DNA from: Alphaproteobacteria bacterium
GTDB taxonomy: Bacteria > Pseudomonadota > Alphaproteobacteria > GCA-2731375
DNA length: 64,000 nucleotides
Assembly: GCA_965225945.1 (NCBI GenBank)
Contig: CBDDBZ010000037.1
Coordinates: 32,001 to 96,000 of the forward strand
Direction of reading: 5' to 3'
Shown: positions 19,652 through 30,255 of the stretch, piece after piece
Layout of the letters: every line of letters starts with the position of its first letter
How positions within the stretch are numbered: position 1 is the first letter of the stretch
The notes under the pieces: generated by a model
Seen by the model: the letters and a program-made list of their open reading frames with translations, nothing else
Told to the model about the DNA's origin: nothing
The model's database searches: none
Position numbers and translations under genes: made by a program

Positions 19652-21004
19652 ATGGACAACGATCACTCGGCGGTTCAGACCAACGATTACTGGCTCGATC
19701 TCGATCGGCGGTATCGGATCCAGTCCCGCCACACGCATCCGATCTGCCTGGCCCGCGGCGAAGGAGTTCGGCTTTGGGACGTCGAAGGTAATGCGTACCT
19801 CGACTTCGAAGCAGGACAGATATGCGTAAGCACCGGACATTGTCACCCGGAATACGTTGCCGCTTTGAAAGCGCAAGCGGAGACGTTGATTCAGACCGGC
19901 TCGGCCTATACCGCGACGGCGCCGATCCTGCTGCAAAAGAAACTCGCCGAGATCACCCCGGGCGCCTTTCAGAAATCATTCCTGGCCTGCTCGGGCGCCG
20001 AATCGAATGAAGCGGCGATCCGCCTGGCAAAGGCTTATACCGGCGCTTACGAGATCGTCTCCTTCTCGGGCAACTATCACGGCAAGACCTTGGGAAGCTG
20101 GAGCGCGACCGGCTTCGGCGGGGCTGCGCGGGCGCCTTACGGGCCAGGCCTACCGGGCATGATCTTCCTGCCGACGCCGTTCGCGTATCCGGTGCCGGGC
20201 GCCGAGCCCTATTCCCATGAGGACGAGGCGGTAGTGGATGCCTGCATCGCCTTCTGTGAGCGCCATCTGGACGCGGCGAGCAGCGGGAAACCGGCAGCCT
20301 TCATGGTGGAACTCATCCAGGGCGCGGCAGGGGTGCAGGTGCTGCCCAAACGCTTCGTTCAGTGGATCCGCCGCGCCTGCGACGAACGGGCTGCGCTGAT
20401 GATCGTGGACGAAGCGCAAACCGGCATGGGCCGTCTCGGCGGATCGTGGTGGGGCTTCGAGCATTTCGACATCGTTCCCGACGTCATCACGGCATCCAAG
20501 ACGCTCGGCGGCGGGGTCCCGCTGAGCGCAGTGATCACGACCGCCGAGATCGCCGACGCGGCCGTTGATCGCGGCTACGGCCAGAGTTCTTCGCACACCG
20601 GCGACCCGCTGCTGGCGGCGGCCGGACTCGCCAACATCGCCATAATCGAACGCCTGAGCCTCTTGGAGAACGTTGCCGAGCTCAGTGCCTACATGAGACG
20701 TCGGCTCGAGGCCTTGGCCGAAAGTAGTGCGGTTTTACGAGAGATTCGCGGCATCGGCTTCATCCTAGGGCTGGAGCTCGTGCGCTCGAAAGCCACTGGC
20801 GAGCCGAACGAAGACGCGACGGAAGCCTTCACGCTTGCATGCCGCGAGCGCGGTCTTCTTACCGGTTGGTGGCGGGACAGCAACCTGGCGCCGAACATCG
20901 TCCGCCTGATGCCGCCTTACATCCTGACGCGGGAGGAAGCCGACCTCGCCCTCGCCATTATCGAGGCGGCGTTGGCGACGGTCGAACCGGCGCTGGCGGC
21001 GTAA
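19652..21004 (+). CDS. Class III PLP-dependent aminotransferase
   Basis: GEGVRLWDVEGNAYLD, SGAESNE, YHGKT, DEAQTGMGR and TASKTLGGG. Confidence 0.95.
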   Translation: MDNDHSAVQTNDYWLDLDRRYRIQSRHTHPICLARGEGVRLWDVEGNAYLDFEAGQICVSTGHCHPEYVAALKAQAETLIQTGSAYTATAPILLQKKLAEITPGAFQKSFLACSGAESNEAAIRLAKAYTGAYEIVSFSGNYHGKTLGSWSATGFGGAARAPYGPGLPGMIFLPTPFAYPVPGAEPYSHEDEAVVDACIAFCERHLDAASSGKPAAFMVELIQGAAGVQVLPKRFVQWIRRACDERAALMIVDEAQTGMGRLGGSWWGFEHFDIVPDVITASKTLGGGVPLSAVITTAEIADAAVDRGYGQSSSHTGDPLLAAAGLANIAIIERLSLLENVAELSAYMRRRLEALAESSAVLREIRGIGFILGLELVRSKATGEPNEDATEAFTLACRERGLLTGWWRDSNLAPNIVRLMPPYILTREEADLALAIIEAALATVEPALAA

Positions 21005-21024
21005 GAAGGGGCGGCATACGCCCT

Positions 21025-22803
21025 TCATGCGCGACTTGCCGAACGGCTGCGACGCAAGCCTGCCCGCTTGGTTCGCGTTGCCTCCAAATCCACGGCATCA
21101 GCGGCAACGTCGAAGCAGACGCCGTAGTTCTCCCGCGCCGCTTGCCGCCCTACCTTGCCTTCCCGGACGTCATCGTCGACGAGAGCCGGATCGCGCAGCA
21201 GCCGGTCACCCCAACCACCGGCGCCCGCGGTCCGGTGCACGACCATCTGGTCGCGCCTGAACGACGTCGTCACTTTCGTCGGCAGGAGTTCAACACCATC
21301 CTCCGAGACCAATCGAGTCATCGACGGCGCCCCCGGTCCACCGCCGGACAACGGATAGGGCTGGAACTTTCGCCGGTCGGAACGTACCTGCAGGAACGCC
21401 GTCCCGTCGAGCAACCGGTGCGCCCGCTCGATCGCCAGCCCACCACGGTATTGGCCGACACCGCCGGTATCGGGGACGAAGCCGTAGTGTTCGATACGGA
21501 TCGGATTATCACGCTCGATGATCTCGATTGGAATGTTGGAGACGTTGAGCGAGATGCCGGTGATGCCGTCGATCCCGTCCTTGTCGGGCCGCCCGCCCCA
21601 CCCGCAGCCGACCGAGTCCATCAGGAGATAAGCCTTACCGGCCTTCTCGCCGGCGATCATCACCACCGAGATGCCGCCTTCACTGGCAGCGAACACTCGG
21701 TCCGGCACGACCTCGGCCATTGCCCCCATCACGGCGTCGACAATCCGAAAACAGGTGAGCGCGCGGGCCGCCACCGCCGCCGGCGGGCGTGGATTGACGA
21801 TGACGCCCTCCGGCGCGCGCACGGTTATGGTCTTGAAGATGCCGGCATTGTTGGGAATGTTCGGATCCATCAGGGTGCGAATGGAAAACCACGTCGCGGA
21901 CTGGCTCGACGCGAAAGTCGAGTTGATGGCGCTATCGACCTGTGGCGAGGTGCCGTCGAAATCGACCGTCACCTGGCTGCCCGAGATCACCACCTTGACG
22001 CAAATCTCGATCGGAGAATCGAGGGTGATGCCGTCGTCGTCGATATAGTCGGTGAACTGGTAGGTGCCGTCCGGCCAGGCCGCGATATCTCGACGCGCCA
22101 TCTGCTCGCTCTGGTCGATGAGGTCCTGGCTATAGGCCAGAAGCGCTTCCGGCGTATAGCGGCGGGCGAGCCGGACCAGCTCGCCTTCACCGACGTGGAG
22201 GGCGGCGAGCTGAGCGCGAAAGTCGCCGAGCACGCTTTCGGGAACGCGGACGTTGCGTTCGATCATATCGAACAGCGTCTCGTTCTCCCGTCCACGGTGA
22301 TAGAGCCGGTTCGGCCCGATCCGAAGGCCCTCGGCGTAGATTTCGCTCGAATCGCAGGCATTGCCGCCGGGCGCGCGCCCGCCAATGTCCGCTTGGTGAG
22401 CGACGGTCGCGGGAAAGCCGATGAGCCGGCCGTCCACGAATACCGGCTTGATGATGAAGACGTCGGGCAAGTGCATGCCGCCGGCGTAGGGATCGTTCAT
22501 GACGAAGACATCGCCTGGCCCCATGTCGTTGCCGAAGCGATCCAGCACGCTTCGCATCGCCACCGGAAAGGCACCTAGATGGAGCGGCAACGTCAGACCT
22601 TGCGCGACCATCTCTCCCGCCGGATCGAGAAACGCGGTCGAAAAGTCCATGACGTCGCGGAGGGTTCCCGAATAGGCGGTGCGGACCACCGTCAGGGCCA
22701 TCTCATCGACCACCGATTCGAGCCCGTTCCTGACCAGTTCGCGGGTAATGGCATCGCGCTCTCCACCGGCGCGGGCCTTTGGGCGGGTCGGCTTTTCATT
22801 CAT
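21025..22803 (-). CDS. hyuB: Hydantoinase B/oxoprolinase subunit (second copy)
   Basis: RTAYSGTLRDVMDFS, NDPYAGGMHLPD, HQADIGG, TGGVGQYRGG and AGAGGWGD. Confidence 0.93.
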   Translation of the reverse strand: MNEKPTRPKARAGGERDAITRELVRNGLESVVDEMALTVVRTAYSGTLRDVMDFSTAFLDPAGEMVAQGLTLPLHLGAFPVAMRSVLDRFGNDMGPGDVFVMNDPYAGGMHLPDVFIIKPVFVDGRLIGFPATVAHQADIGGRAPGGNACDSSEIYAEGLRIGPNRLYHRGRENETLFDMIERNVRVPESVLGDFRAQLAALHVGEGELVRLARRYTPEALLAYSQDLIDQSEQMARRDIAAWPDGTYQFTDYIDDDGITLDSPIEICVKVVISGSQVTVDFDGTSPQVDSAINSTFASSQSATWFSIRTLMDPNIPNNAGIFKTITVRAPEGVIVNPRPPAAVAARALTCFRIVDAVMGAMAEVVPDRVFAASEGGISVVMIAGEKAGKAYLLMDSVGCGWGGRPDKDGIDGITGISLNVSNIPIEIIERDNPIRIEHYGFVPDTGGVGQYRGGLAIERAHRLLDGTAFLQVRSDRRKFQPYPLSGGGPGAPSMTRLVSEDGVELLPTKVTTSFRRDQMVVHRTAGAGGWGDRLLRDPALVDDDVREGKVGRQAARENYGVCFDVAADAVDLEATRTKRAGLRRSRSASRA

Positions 22804-24765
22804 GGCGCGTGCTCCAGCCAAACGTTGCCCAAGGGGTCACACCGCGCCGTGAAGTCGGGCGGTACCAGGATCGTGGCATCGTACTCTTCGACGATCAGCG
22901 GTCCCGCCACCGCCGCTTGCCCGAGCGCGGAACGGGAGCTGTGAACCGGCGTCCAGCGGTTTCCGAACAAGGGCCCGAAATAACATTCCCGTTCTTCCCT
23001 TGCGCGCGCTCTCTCCGCCGGGACCGTTTCCGGCAGCGTCGGCTCGAAGCGCTCCGCTGTCCAGGGATTGGCGGCCCGCGTGACCAGCCGAAGATTCACG
23101 ACTTCCACCGGCGCCCCCGGTTTGTCATGGCCAAAGAGCCTTTCGTGTTCCGCCGCGAAGCGCGCCTCGATCGCCGCCAGTTCCTCGCCACCGCGCGGAA
23201 TTGGGATTCTCAGCTCATGGCCCTGGCCACGATATCTGAGATCCGCGAACCATTCGATCGCCACGTCGGCCGGTCGATCCCCCAAGGGCGGCGCGGGCGA
23301 TGCCGCAGCGCTCGCCTCCAGGCCATCGAAGTGCGTGAACATCGTTTTGTCGAGCCCGACTCTCGAGCCGGGCACCGTATGAACGAAGTGTCGGGTGATG
23401 TCGGCGAAGAGCAGCCCGAAGGCGCTGAAAAGGCCCGGATGCAGCGGAATGAGGACCGCCCTGATATCGAACTCCCGGGCGAGCGCGGCGGCGTGGATCG
23501 GGCCGCTACCACCGAAGGCCACCAAGTGAAAGTTCCGGACGTCGCGACCGCGTTCCGTCGACACCGCACGCACCGCCCTCGCCATGTTGGCGTTCGCGAT
23601 CTCGTGCACGCCGAAGGCGGCGGTCGGGATATCGAGTGACGTCGGCTCCGCCACTTCCGCCTTCATCGACCTCTCCGCCGCGTTCCGATCGAGCGGAACC
23701 GCGCCGCCGGCGATGCTGTTCGGGTTGATGTAGCCCAGAATGACATTGGCATCGGTGACCGTCGGCTTGTCGCCACCCTGCCCATAGCAGGCCGGGCCCG
23801 GATTGGCCCCCGCTCCCCGCGGGCCGACGCGCAGACCGCCACCGCCGTCGACCCAGGCGATGCTGCCGCCGCCGGCGCCGACTTCGGCGATGTCGATGAC
23901 CGGTGTGCGCAAGAGATAGCCGCTGCCCTTGATCAGCCGGCTATTGCGCGACACGTCGCCGCCGACCTCGAACTCCTCGGAATAGCTGAGCCTACCCTCT
24001 TCGATAATGGATGCTTTCGCCGTCGTGCCACCCATGTCGAAGCTGATCGCATTCGCGATCCCGGCTCGCTCGGCAAGCCATCGCGTGGCGATAACCCCCG
24101 CGGCCGGCCCAGACTCGATCGCATAGACCGGCCGTTCCGCCGTCGCCGCAATATCCTGGACGCCGCCGTTCGACTGCATGATGAAGACCGGACAAGTGAC
24201 GTTCGCTCCGTCGAGCCGATGGCGAAGGCTGTCGAGGTAGCGACGCATTTTCGGCTTGATATAGGCATCCGCGGCGGTGGTCGAGGTCCGCTCGAATTCC
24301 TTGATCTCCGGCAACACCTCTGAAGAGACGGACACTTCGATGTTCGGCAACGCCTCACGCAACACTTCCTTCGCCGCCAATTCGTGGGCTGCATTGACGT
24401 AGGCGTTGAGGAAGCAGACGGCGACCGACTCGACCCTTTGTTCGGCCAATGTCTCGGCGAGCCCCCTCAATGCCTCCAGATCGAGGGGGCGCACGACACT
24501 GCCGTCCGCCGCGATCCGTTCTGGCACTTCGAAGCGCAATCGTCGCGGCACCAACGGGTGCGGCTTTGTCCAGCCGATGTCGTAGAGACGTGGCGTGCGC
24601 AAGCGGCCGATCTCGAGAATGTCGCGAAAGCCTTCGGTGCATGGAACGAAACCGCTTTCAGCGGTAGTTCGTGGTGCCGGGCGGTGAGGTCGGTGGCGTA
24701 ACGGATGGGTCGATCCTGTGTTGAGGTTTGGAGTTCCGAAGCTCACGCAACACGGGAGCAGACCC

Positions 24766-25671
24766 ATGACCGATAGTGACAAGACCATCAGCCCGCTGCG
24801 CCAGCGCATGATCGACGACATGGTGCTTCGCGGCTTCAGTGCCAACACGCAGCGCGGCTACATCAGTGCGGTGGCCGGCTTTTCCGACTTTCTCGCACGC
24901 TCTCCGGATCGGGCGGAGGCGGAGGATCTCAGGCGCTATCAAGTGCATATGCGCAAAGCAGGCGCATCGGCGACGACGATGAACGCGGCGGTCTCGGCAT
25001 TGCGGTTCTTCTTCGGCGTCACGCTCGGCCGAGGCGACGCCGAGATCGGCATGACGACGGTGGCAATGCCGCGCAAGCTGCCGGTGATCCTGAGCGTCGA
25101 GGAAATGGCGCGGCTTCTCGATGCCGCCCCCGGTCCCAAATACAAGGCGGCCTTTTCGCTGGCCTATGGCGCCGGCCTGCGCGCTTCGGAGGTGGTCCAT
25201 CTCAAGGTCCCGGACATCGACAGCAACCGCAAGACGCTTCGCATCGAGCAAGGTAAGGGCCGCCGAGATCGCTACGCCATGCTCTCGGATCGCGCCGTCG
25301 AGCAGCTCAGGGTCTGGTGGTTGCTTGGCCGCGCCCGCGGCGTGATGCTGCCCGGCGGTTGGCTGTTTCCAGGCCAGAACCCGGTCAACCCGTTGACCAC
25401 CCGCCAGCTCCGTCGCGCCCTCGATGGCGCCAAGGCGGGGGCGGGGATCGAGAAGCGGATCTCGCTTCACACGCTGCGCCACTGCTTCGCCACCCATCTC
25501 CTCGAACAGGGCGTCGACATCCGCGTGATCCAGGTTCTACTGGGGCACAAGAAGCTGGAGACCACGGCTCACTACACCCAGGTCGCCAGCACCACCTTGC
25601 GGCGCGCCAAGAGCCCACTGGACCTGCTCGAGCCGCCGACGCCCAAGACCAAGCGCAAGCCGCCGAAGTGA
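24766..25671 (+). CDS. Tyrosine recombinase (XerD/integrase-like)
   Basis: SPLRQRM N-terminus; YGAGLRASE, GKGRRDR, HTLRHCFATHLLE and LLGH..TTAHY. Confidence 0.95.
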   Translation: MTDSDKTISPLRQRMIDDMVLRGFSANTQRGYISAVAGFSDFLARSPDRAEAEDLRRYQVHMRKAGASATTMNAAVSALRFFFGVTLGRGDAEIGMTTVAMPRKLPVILSVEEMARLLDAAPGPKYKAAFSLAYGAGLRASEVVHLKVPDIDSNRKTLRIEQGKGRRDRYAMLSDRAVEQLRVWWLLGRARGVMLPGGWLFPGQNPVNPLTTRQLRRALDGAKAGAGIEKRISLHTLRHCFATHLLEQGVDIRVIQVLLGHKKLETTAHYTQVASTTLRRAKSPLDLLEPPTPKTKRKPPK

Positions 25672-25684
25672 GCCGGCGGCCTCG

Positions 25685-26899
25685 GTGCCGCGTCCCGCGC
25701 TCGAGGTCCAGGACATCTTCCGCGACCACGGGCCCGGCTTCCGTCGGGCCCGGGCCGGTCGTCTGAGCCTCGGCCAACTGAAGGTCATGTCGGCGATCGA
25801 GTGTTGCCGCACCGCCGCGCTCGGCGGTCATGTCGCGGCCTGCGAGGACTGCGGGCAGAACCACATCGCCTACAATTCCTGTCGCAACCGCCATTGTCCC
25901 AAATGCCAAGGCCAGGTCGCGCGCGAATGGCTGGCGGCGCGAGAGGCCGAACTGCTCTCCGTCCCCTACTACCATCTCGTCTTCACCCTGCCAGCGGCGA
26001 TCGCCGACATCGCCTATCAGAACAAGTCGGTGATCTACGATATCCTGTTCAAGGCGAGCGCCGAGACCATGCTCACCATCGCCGCCGATCCCAAGCATCT
26101 CGGCGCCAAGATCGGCATCACCGCCGTGCTCCACACCTGGGGCTCGGCCATGACCCACCATCCCCACATCCACATGATCGTGCCGGGTGGCGGAATCTCA
26201 CCTGACGGTAGCAGTTGGATCTCTTGCCGGCCCGGCTTCTTCCTGCCCGTCCGCGTGCTCTCGCGCCTCTTCCGCCGCCTCTTCATCGAGAAGCTCCTCG
26301 CCGCCCACGAGGCAGGGCGCCTGAAGTTCTTCACCGACCACACCAGCCTCGCCGAGCCGGCGGCCTTCCGTGTCTTCCTCGCACCGATGCGCAAACAAGA
26401 ATGGGTCGTCTACGCCAAGCCGCCCTTCGGCGGACCAGAGGCCGTGCTCGCCTATCTCTCCCGCTACACCCACCGTGTCGCCATCTCGAACAGCCGCCTG
26501 GTCAGCTGCGACAGCCAAGGCGTCATCTTCAAGTACAAGGACTACCGGCGCAAAGGACGCGAGCGCTACAAGACCTTGCCCCTGGCCGTGCCCGAGTTCA
26601 TCCGCCGCTTCCTCCTCCATGTCCTGCCCTCGGGCTTTCACCGCATCCGCCATTACGGCCTCTTCGCCAACGGCGGTCGCACCCGCAACATCTCCCTTGC
26701 CCGCGAACTGCTTGCCATGCCGGCACCGGAGAGTGAGGCCGACGATGCCGCGAGTGACGATGATACCGAACCGCCGTCCCTCTCAGAGCCCTGCCCGCAG
26801 TGCGGCGGCCGTATGATCGTCATCGAGCGCTTCGAGGCCGGCGCCCAACCACGCGCCCCGCCCCGTGCACGGCCCCTGGCCAGGGCCACGGCAGCATGA
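25685..26899 (+). CDS. IS91-family Y2 HUH transposase with N-terminal Zn-binding domain
   Basis: NSCRNRHCPKC, HLVFTLP, LHTWG, HPHIH (HUH), YLSRY (Y2) and RIRHYG. Confidence 0.95.
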   Translation: MPRPALEVQDIFRDHGPGFRRARAGRLSLGQLKVMSAIECCRTAALGGHVAACEDCGQNHIAYNSCRNRHCPKCQGQVAREWLAAREAELLSVPYYHLVFTLPAAIADIAYQNKSVIYDILFKASAETMLTIAADPKHLGAKIGITAVLHTWGSAMTHHPHIHMIVPGGGISPDGSSWISCRPGFFLPVRVLSRLFRRLFIEKLLAAHEAGRLKFFTDHTSLAEPAAFRVFLAPMRKQEWVVYAKPPFGGPEAVLAYLSRYTHRVAISNSRLVSCDSQGVIFKYKDYRRKGRERYKTLPLAVPEFIRRFLLHVLPSGFHRIRHYGLFANGGRTRNISLARELLAMPAPESEADDAASDDDTEPPSLSEPCPQCGGRMIVIERFEAGAQPRAPPRARPLARATAA

Positions 26900-27171
26900 C
26901 CGACACCGCTTCGAATAACGCTATTGCCGCCGCTCACCCGCGGCCACGATCCCGCTCGCCGCAACACCATCGAGCGCGCAGGGAACCACCTGCGAGACCC
27001 GCCGGCATCGACCCGAAGTCGCCATCAAACCACCCTGCCGGTGTCGTCGCCAATCAGATCCGAGCCATCCAGCAGCGCCGGCCACCCGAGAAAGCTGGCC
27101 CGCCGCTCGCAAATCCCCATAGACCGAGCGTGCCGCACCGCCGAGCCTAGTCCTGCCCGCGGTTTCCTCCC

Positions 27172-27250
27172 TTAAGCGTTGTCCGACACCTGCCGATCCA
27201 GTCCGCCGGATGCAACCCCTGCGCCTCGGCAGGTGTCCGACAACGCTTAA
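27172..27250. repeat. Terminal hairpin of the integrase/IS91-like element
   Basis: TTAAGCGTTGTCCGACACCTGCCGA ... TCGGCAGGTGTCCGACAACGCTTAA: 25-bp arms with one mismatch. Confidence 0.9.
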
Positions 27251-27503
27251 CAGATGAGCGCGGTTCGCGCGCCCTCGCGCTCGATGACGGCATTGGTTGC
27301 GATCGTGGTGCCGTGCACCAATGTCACAACGTCCCGCGCCTCATCGCCACCCTCTTCGATCAGCCTCGCAAGACCATCGACAGTCGCGATCGAATAGTCC
27401 TCGACCGTCGACAGGCGTTTCTCCACGGCAAGCCCACCAGCATCGCTCAACAATACGATGTCGGTAAATGTCCCCCCGATGTCGGCACCGACGAGCAGCA
27501 TTA

Positions 27504-28430
27504 CTAGACCTTCCGACGCAACGCCGGCCCGGTGTTCGCATTCCCCAACCAGGGCCCGAGTTCGCCGAGTGCCGTGCGCAGCGCGGCGGTCGTCTCATCC
27601 TGGATGTCGTAGAGCGGTGGCCGGGTCGGTCCGGCGCTTCGACCGACCATTGCCAATGCCTGCTTTAGCGGCGCCGGATTCGGCTCGGCATAGATCGCGC
27701 GGCAAAGCGGCATGATGGCGTGCTGCAAGGCGCGCGCGTGGGCGACGTCGCCGGCCCGGAAGGCATTGCACAGCTCGACAAACAGACGCGGCGCCAGGCA
27801 AGCGCCCGAGATGATCGCACCGCGACCACCGACGGCGAGCGTCGGCAGGATCAGCTCGTCAAACCCCTGCAAGACCGAAAACCGCCCGGGCGCGAGATGC
27901 GCCAGTTGCGTAACGGCGTGCATGTCGCCGCTCGCTTCCTTTATGGCGACGAGATGGGGAATTGCATCGAGGAGCTCCAGAATGAATGCGACCTCGAGAT
28001 CGACGCCCGCGCGCCGGGGCGTGTTGAACAGGATCATCGGCAGGTCGACAGCCGCCGCGACGTCGATGAGGTGCCGCTTGACGTGGTGCGGCGTCGCCAT
28101 GACGAAATAGGGGGGCAGCACCATGATGGCATCGGCGCCTGCCGCCTTCGCGTGCTTACCGATCTCGATGATATCGGGCTGCGATGCGTTGAGGCAGCCG
28201 ACGATCACTCCGATCCCGCCGTCCGCTTCCGCGACGACACACTCGATCACCTGCTTCTGTTCGTCGATCGTTTGGGCAAGCGGCTCACCGGTGCCGCCCA
28301 AAGCGCATACCCCCCGCACCCCCGCTGCAACTTGAAAGCGCACACTTTCCCGAATGGAATCAAGATCGAGGGCGCCGTCACGAGCGAAGGAGGTCACCAG
28401 TGCGGTGAATATGCCCTCCGCTTCGAACAT
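27504..28430 (-). CDS. Dihydrodipicolinate synthase/N-acetylneuraminate lyase family aldolase
   Basis: GIFTALVT, GGTGE, LPPYF, IKEASGD and EPNPAPLK. Confidence 0.92.
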   Translation of the reverse strand: MFEAEGIFTALVTSFARDGALDLDSIRESVRFQVAAGVRGVCALGGTGEPLAQTIDEQKQVIECVVAEADGGIGVIVGCLNASQPDIIEIGKHAKAAGADAIMVLPPYFVMATPHHVKRHLIDVAAAVDLPMILFNTPRRAGVDLEVAFILELLDAIPHLVAIKEASGDMHAVTQLAHLAPGRFSVLQGFDELILPTLAVGGRGAIISGACLAPRLFVELCNAFRAGDVAHARALQHAIMPLCRAIYAEPNPAPLKQALAMVGRSAGPTRPPLYDIQDETTAALRTALGELGPWLGNANTGPALRRKV

Positions 28431-28962
28431 GACCGTGCCTCGCATCAGGTCCGACGTCCAAGGAACTCCGCGACCGGCTCGTCGACGTCGGTGAAATCCT
28501 CGTCCTCCGTCATCACCATCTGGTGTTGCGTCGGAAAGCGGTGACGCTTGAACGAGAGCTGGCGCATCGAGCTAGCCTAAGACCAAACTCACTTTCCGGC
28601 CAGTGGCGCGTCACCTACACGATTTTGTCATCGCGGTGGGGTTGGCGATCTGGCGGGTGGCCGTTTCGCGGTGATACGGGAGCCGACGGCCGAATGTCGG
28701 CTTCTCTATCGCGTCCTCGGTCAAGCCCTTTCTGGTTACGTCATGCCATATTCCTTCTTCACGTCGTTCCGCACTGGCGGATGTTGCCGCACGGGGCTCT
28801 TGCTTCTCTTCGAGGTTGGCGCGTGGCCACCTCATGATGGGATCAGAGGATGAGGCGGTTCAATCTTTCGCGCGTCCTTGCCGCCGGTCAGCGGCAGGGT
28901 CTACCGACATTACGAACTCACCCCACCCGTCGTCCCCGTGAGGACATCTCTCTGCCTAAGCA

Positions 28963-29423
28963 TGAGTCGGACCCGATTTCCTTGGACACAGAATTGGCTT
29001 AATCGAAGTGTCCAAGGAGGACCGGAACATGACCGACAATTTTGAGAACAAAGTTGCTGTTGATGGGCCTGTGGTAAACGAGGGCGAGCTTGGCTCGTCC
29101 ACGTTTTCCCCGGGCCAGGTTTCGCCGGCAGGCCCGCTGGGACTTGGCCAGCGGTGGACGGTGACGCGCAAGCGTGAGGTTGCCCTGCGGCTTTTGCGTG
29201 GCGAGCCGGTGGAACTTTTGTCGCGGCAGTTGGGCGTGGAGATTTTCCGGCTCGAGCAGTGGCGTGAGAAGGCGATCGCCGGGATCGATGCCTCGCTCAA
29301 GGAACGCAAGGGCGATCCGGTAAAGGCGGAACTGGACATCGCCATGAAGCGGATCGGGGAGTTGATCATGCAGGTGGAACTGCTGGAGGCCAAGACGGAG
29401 ACGTCCGGCCCTTTGGGGCGGCG
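28963..29423 (+). mobile_element. Truncated IS3-family element (left end plus orfA only)
   Basis: Starts TGAGTCGGACCCGATTTCCTTGGACA; near-identical to the reverse complement of about 62310-62770; orfB is absent. Confidence 0.88.
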
Positions 29424-29620
29424 ACGAGCAATCGCGGATAGACGCGCTCGCCGGCGTCGACGCATCCGCCGTTGGCGTCCCACTTCCACATGGCCGGTCC
29501 CGTCAGAATCTTTCGACCTCGAGACTCTGGAGCAGGCCCCTTAAGAGAGAGATACTTTCGCGCGCTTCCACGCTCGGGCGAAGTTCTCTGCTCGCTCAAT
29601 GTCCGAGCCAAAAGTCACCA

Positions 29621-30109
29621 TCAGCGACTTTTGGAGGCCTCGCCGTCGTCGGCGAGGGAATAGCGGAAATCGCAGTGGCTGGCGCCCTGCATGATCGTCT
29701 GGCCCCGCTCCAGCTTGATAGCCGGATTGAAACCCTCGCAGAAAGCGCCGTCGCGATTGCAGCTCAACAGATGGCCGATCTCGCCCAGGCCCATCTCGCG
29801 GTACATCTCCGCGTAGCGGCAGCGCACGACGTCGAAGTCGAAGCGTTGTTCCGATTCCTCCAACACTTCGATTTGAAGCGCGTCCTCCTTCTGCCAGTTC
29901 GGCAGCAGGCGGGCGAAAGCCGGCAGGTCCGCCGCGCCCTCCTCCCGCGCCGCGAGGCCTTGCCCGTATTCGATGGCGTTGCGACGGATCGCCTTATCCA
30001 GGACGTCGCGCGCCGCCGCCTCGCCGAAGGCACGCACCATCTCCTCGTAGATCGGCTTGATGACGCTGGCCTCGATACGTCGGAGTTGGATGATCGGCAG
30101 GTCGTTCAT
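29621..30109 (-). CDS. L-2-amino-thiazoline-4-carboxylate hydrolase-family protein
   Basis: FDVVRCRYAEMY..LGEIGHLLSCNRD..RGQTIMQGASHCDFRY pattern. Confidence 0.88.
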   Translation of the reverse strand: MNDLPIIQLRRIEASVIKPIYEEMVRAFGEAAARDVLDKAIRRNAIEYGQGLAAREEGAADLPAFARLLPNWQKEDALQIEVLEESEQRFDFDVVRCRYAEMYREMGLGEIGHLLSCNRDGAFCEGFNPAIKLERGQTIMQGASHCDFRYSLADDGEASKSR

Positions 30110-30255
30110 GGCTGCTCTCCGTGGGCTGAAACGGGGTGGGGGGCCGCTCGACCCCACTATAGCTCGGCTCGCGCCCCGACCCATGGCGCATGGCCCAATC
30201 CATTCGGTATGCTCGCACCCGGTACTCCCCTTCGCCAGCCTCGAGGAAACCAAAC

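Larger units (their letters stand above)
24642..27250 (+). mobile_element. Tyrosine recombinase + IS91-like Y2 transposase element
   Basis: Boundaries are defined by the interrupted hyuA; dinucleotide CA at both junctions; no terminal IR pair; large hairpin at the right end. Confidence 0.9.
22800..27501 (-). pseudogene. hyuA: Hydantoinase A subunit split by an integrase/IS91-like element (27251-27501 plus 22800-24641)
   Basis: N-term MLLVGADIGGTFTD..HGTTIATN..TALIC joins in frame to TEGFRDILEIGR..SGPAAG..DMGGTT. Confidence 0.93.

Noticed and set aside
24766-27250. Integron (IntI plus attC)
   Set aside because: The integrase lacks an obvious IntI-specific insertion and is coupled to a Y2 transposase; there is a single hairpin and no cassette array.
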